64,000 nt of DNA from Cenarchaeum sp. (GTDB lineage Archaea; Thermoproteota; Nitrososphaeria; Nitrososphaerales; Nitrosopumilaceae), in the NCBI GenBank assembly GCA_963693095.2, contig OY843768.1, positions 32,001-96,000 of the forward strand, given 5' to 3'. A model generated the notes under the pieces. It did not search any database. It was not told the origin of the DNA and saw only the letters and a list, made by a program, of their open reading frames with translations. The position numbers and the translations under genes were made by a program. Shown piece after piece: positions 61,904 through 64,000 of this stretch (its first letter is position 1; each line of letters opens with the position of its first letter).

Positions 61904-64000
61904 ATGGGGAGCACGATAAACCTCAAGGTGCTCGAGGCATACACGCGCGATGTTGGTCGTGGCGTGGCACGCATAGACTATGACTCGATGGACGGCATCA
62001 GCGCCTCGACGGGCGATGTCATCGAGATAAAGGGCAAGCGCCGCACGGTCGCAAAGTGCCTCCCGCTATACCCGTCTGATGAGGGCAAGGGCATAATCCG
62101 CATAGACGGCCTCGGCAGGAACAACTCGGGGATCGCCATAGGCGACACGATCACGGTCAAAAAGATAAACGCGGTTCCGGCCGAAAAGGTCGTAGTCGCC
62201 CCGCTTGAGGCGATCCCGCCCATAGACGAGCGATACCTTGCCGATGCGCTCGAGTCGGTCCCGCTCATAAAGGGAGACAATGTCATGGTTCCCTACTTTG
62301 GCGGGAGACTCACGTTCCAGGTCGTCGGCGTGACGCCAGCCGCTGATGCGATCCTCGTCGCGCAAAAGACGGTCTTTCACATCGCCGAAAAGGGAGAGAC
62401 GCTGCGCGGCGTGCCGCAGGTGACATACGAGGACATTGGCGGACTGACTGATGAGATCAAAAAGGTTCGCGAGATGATAGAGCTCCCGCTGCGCCACCCA
62501 GAGATATTCGAAAAGCTCGGCATAGAGGCGCCAAAGGGAGTTCTCCTGTACGGCCCGCCGGGCACGGGCAAGACGCTGCTCGCAAAGGCCGTTGCCAACG
62601 AGAGCAACGCGCACTTTATCAGCATATCAGGTCCGGAGATAATGAGCAAGTTCTACGGCGAGTCAGAGGCCCGCCTGCGCGAGATCTTCAAGGAGGCGCG
62701 CGAAAAGGCACCGTCGATAATCTTTGTCGACGAGATAGACTCGATAGCGCCAAAGCGCGAAGAGGTGACCGGCGAGGTCGAGCGCAGGGTCGTCTCGCAG
62801 ATGCTCTCGCTAATGGACGGACTGGAGGCTCGCGGCAAGGTCATCGTGATATCTGCCACAAACAGGCCAAATGCGATCGACCCCGCGCTGCGCCGGCCCG
62901 GCAGGTTTGATCGCGAGATCGAGATAAAGGTCCCAAACAAAAAGGGCCGCAAGGACATACTCGCCATACACACGCGCAACATGCCGCTCTCTGATGACGT
63001 GGATCTCGACCGCGTCGCCTCGATAAGCCATGGATATGTCGGGGCTGACCTCGAGTACCTATGCAAAGAGGCGGCGATGAAGTGCCTCCGGCGCCTCCTG
63101 CCCGAGCTCAACCTCGAGGACGAAAAGATCTCCCCCGAGACCCTTGACAAGCTCATCGTCAACAAGGACGACTATGAAAAGGCGTTTGTCGAGGTGACGC
63201 CCTCTGGCATGCGCGAAGTCTTTATCGAGAATCCGGATGTCCAGTGGGAGAGCGTCGGCGGCCTCGCCAGCGTAAAGCGCGAGCTCCAGGAGGCCATAGA
63301 GTGGCCCATGAAGTACCCCACGCTATACAACAACCTCGGCCACAAGATGCCGCGCGGAATACTCCTCCATGGGCCTAGCGGCACGGGCAAGACGCTCCTC
63401 GCCAAGGCCGTGGCGACGCAGAGCGAGGCCAACTTTGTCTCGGTTCGCGGTCCGGAGCTCCTCTCAAAGTGGGTCGGCGAGTCCGAGCGCGGCATCCGCG
63501 AGATATTTCGCCGTGCGCGCCAGGCCTCGCCATGCGTCATATTCTTTGACGAGATAGACTCGATAGCGCCGGCCCGCAGCCAGGGCGGCGAGAGCGCCGT
63601 GACTGAGCGTGTCGTCTCGCAACTGCTGACAGAGCTTGACGGAATGGAGAACATGCACGGAGTCGTAGTCCTTGCGGCAACAAACCGCGTCGACATGATA
63701 GATCCCGCCCTCCTGCGGCCCGGCAGGTTTGACAAGATCATCCACATCGACCTGCCTGACATGGAGAGCCGCAAGAGCATCCTCGAGATCAACATAAAGG
63801 ACATACCTGCAGTCACGGATCCCACAGACAGCGACTATGTCAACCTTGACGAGATTGCAAAGATGACTGACAAGATGAACGGGGCCGACGTCGCGTCGAT
63901 CACAAACACGGCAGTCTCACTCGTCATACACGAGTACCTTGACCGCAACCCCGACGTAAAGGAGGTGGAGGTAAAGTCTACTGAGGCACGCGTGACCATG
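61904..64000 (+). CDS. cdc48: CDC48/VCP family AAA ATPase (3' truncated by the window edge)
   Basis: Translated manually because it is absent from the ORF track: [25 protein letters not shown]..., [16 protein letters not shown], second Walker [16 protein letters not shown] and LRPGRFD. Confidence 0.96.
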   Translation, partial: MGSTINLKVLEAYTRDVGRGVARIDYDSMDGISASTGDVIEIKGKRRTVAKCLPLYPSDEGKGIIRIDGLGRNNSGIAIGDTITVKKINAVPAEKVVVAPLEAIPPIDERYLADALESVPLIKGDNVMVPYFGGRLTFQVVGVTPAADAILVAQKTVFHIAEKGETLRGVPQVTYEDIGGLTDEIKKVREMIELPLRHPEIFEKLGIEAPKGVLLYGPPGTGKTLLAKAVANESNAHFISISGPEIMSKFYGESEARLREIFKEAREKAPSIIFVDEIDSIAPKREEVTGEVERRVVSQMLSLMDGLEARGKVIVISATNRPNAIDPALRRPGRFDREIEIKVPNKKGRKDILAIHTRNMPLSDDVDLDRVASISHGYVGADLEYLCKEAAMKCLRRLLPELNLEDEKISPETLDKLIVNKDDYEKAFVEVTPSGMREVFIENPDVQWESVGGLASVKRELQEAIEWPMKYPTLYNNLGHKMPRGILLHGPSGTGKTLLAKAVATQSEANFVSVRGPELLSKWVGESERGIREIFRRARQASPCVIFFDEIDSIAPARSQGGESAVTERVVSQLLTELDGMENMHGVVVLAATNRVDMIDPALLRPGRFDKIIHIDLPDMESRKSILEINIKDIPAVTDPTDSDYVNLDEIAKMTDKMNGADVASITNTAVSLVIHEYLDRNPDVKEVEVKSTEARVTM

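Noticed and set aside
1-64000. tRNA or rRNA genes
   Set aside because: No cloverleaf or rRNA-like sequence was recognised in the intergenic regions by eye; tRNAscan-SE or Infernal would be needed to exclude them.

Overview
Archaeal DNA, most likely a high-GC Nitrosopumilaceae (Thaumarchaeota/Nitrososphaerota), possibly a Cenarchaeum-like symbiont. The taxonomy is inferred from cdc48, archaeal rpl2, the ipk-idi(type 1)-GGPPS-gltX cluster and TATA boxes about 25 nt before leaderless starts. The window has three zones. (1) 1-18.3 kb is an accessory/defence region: four YwgA/Panacea-like paralogs, an AT-rich type II R-M pair, an IS481 with a decayed copy and a MITE, a Fic gene, two HEPN-motif genes, DUF5131, an IS66 and a divergent TGT-like gene. 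The C5-methyltransferase appears frame-switched by a (GGCGTCTC)12 repeat and is out of frame in this sequence. (2) 18.5-51.9 kb is one 33.4-kb gene for an 11,148-aa secreted Ig-like-repeat protein containing 25 near-identical 363-bp tandem repeats. (3) 51.9-64 kb holds housekeeping genes, a low-GC decayed insert next to a duplicated rpl2 3' end, and a second apparently identical IS66. Top leads: a putative phase-variable methyltransferase/R-M switch in an archaeon, the giant repeat protein, and two IS66 copies inserted at the same distance upstream of TATA boxes. Family assignments come from motif recognition only; no searches were run.
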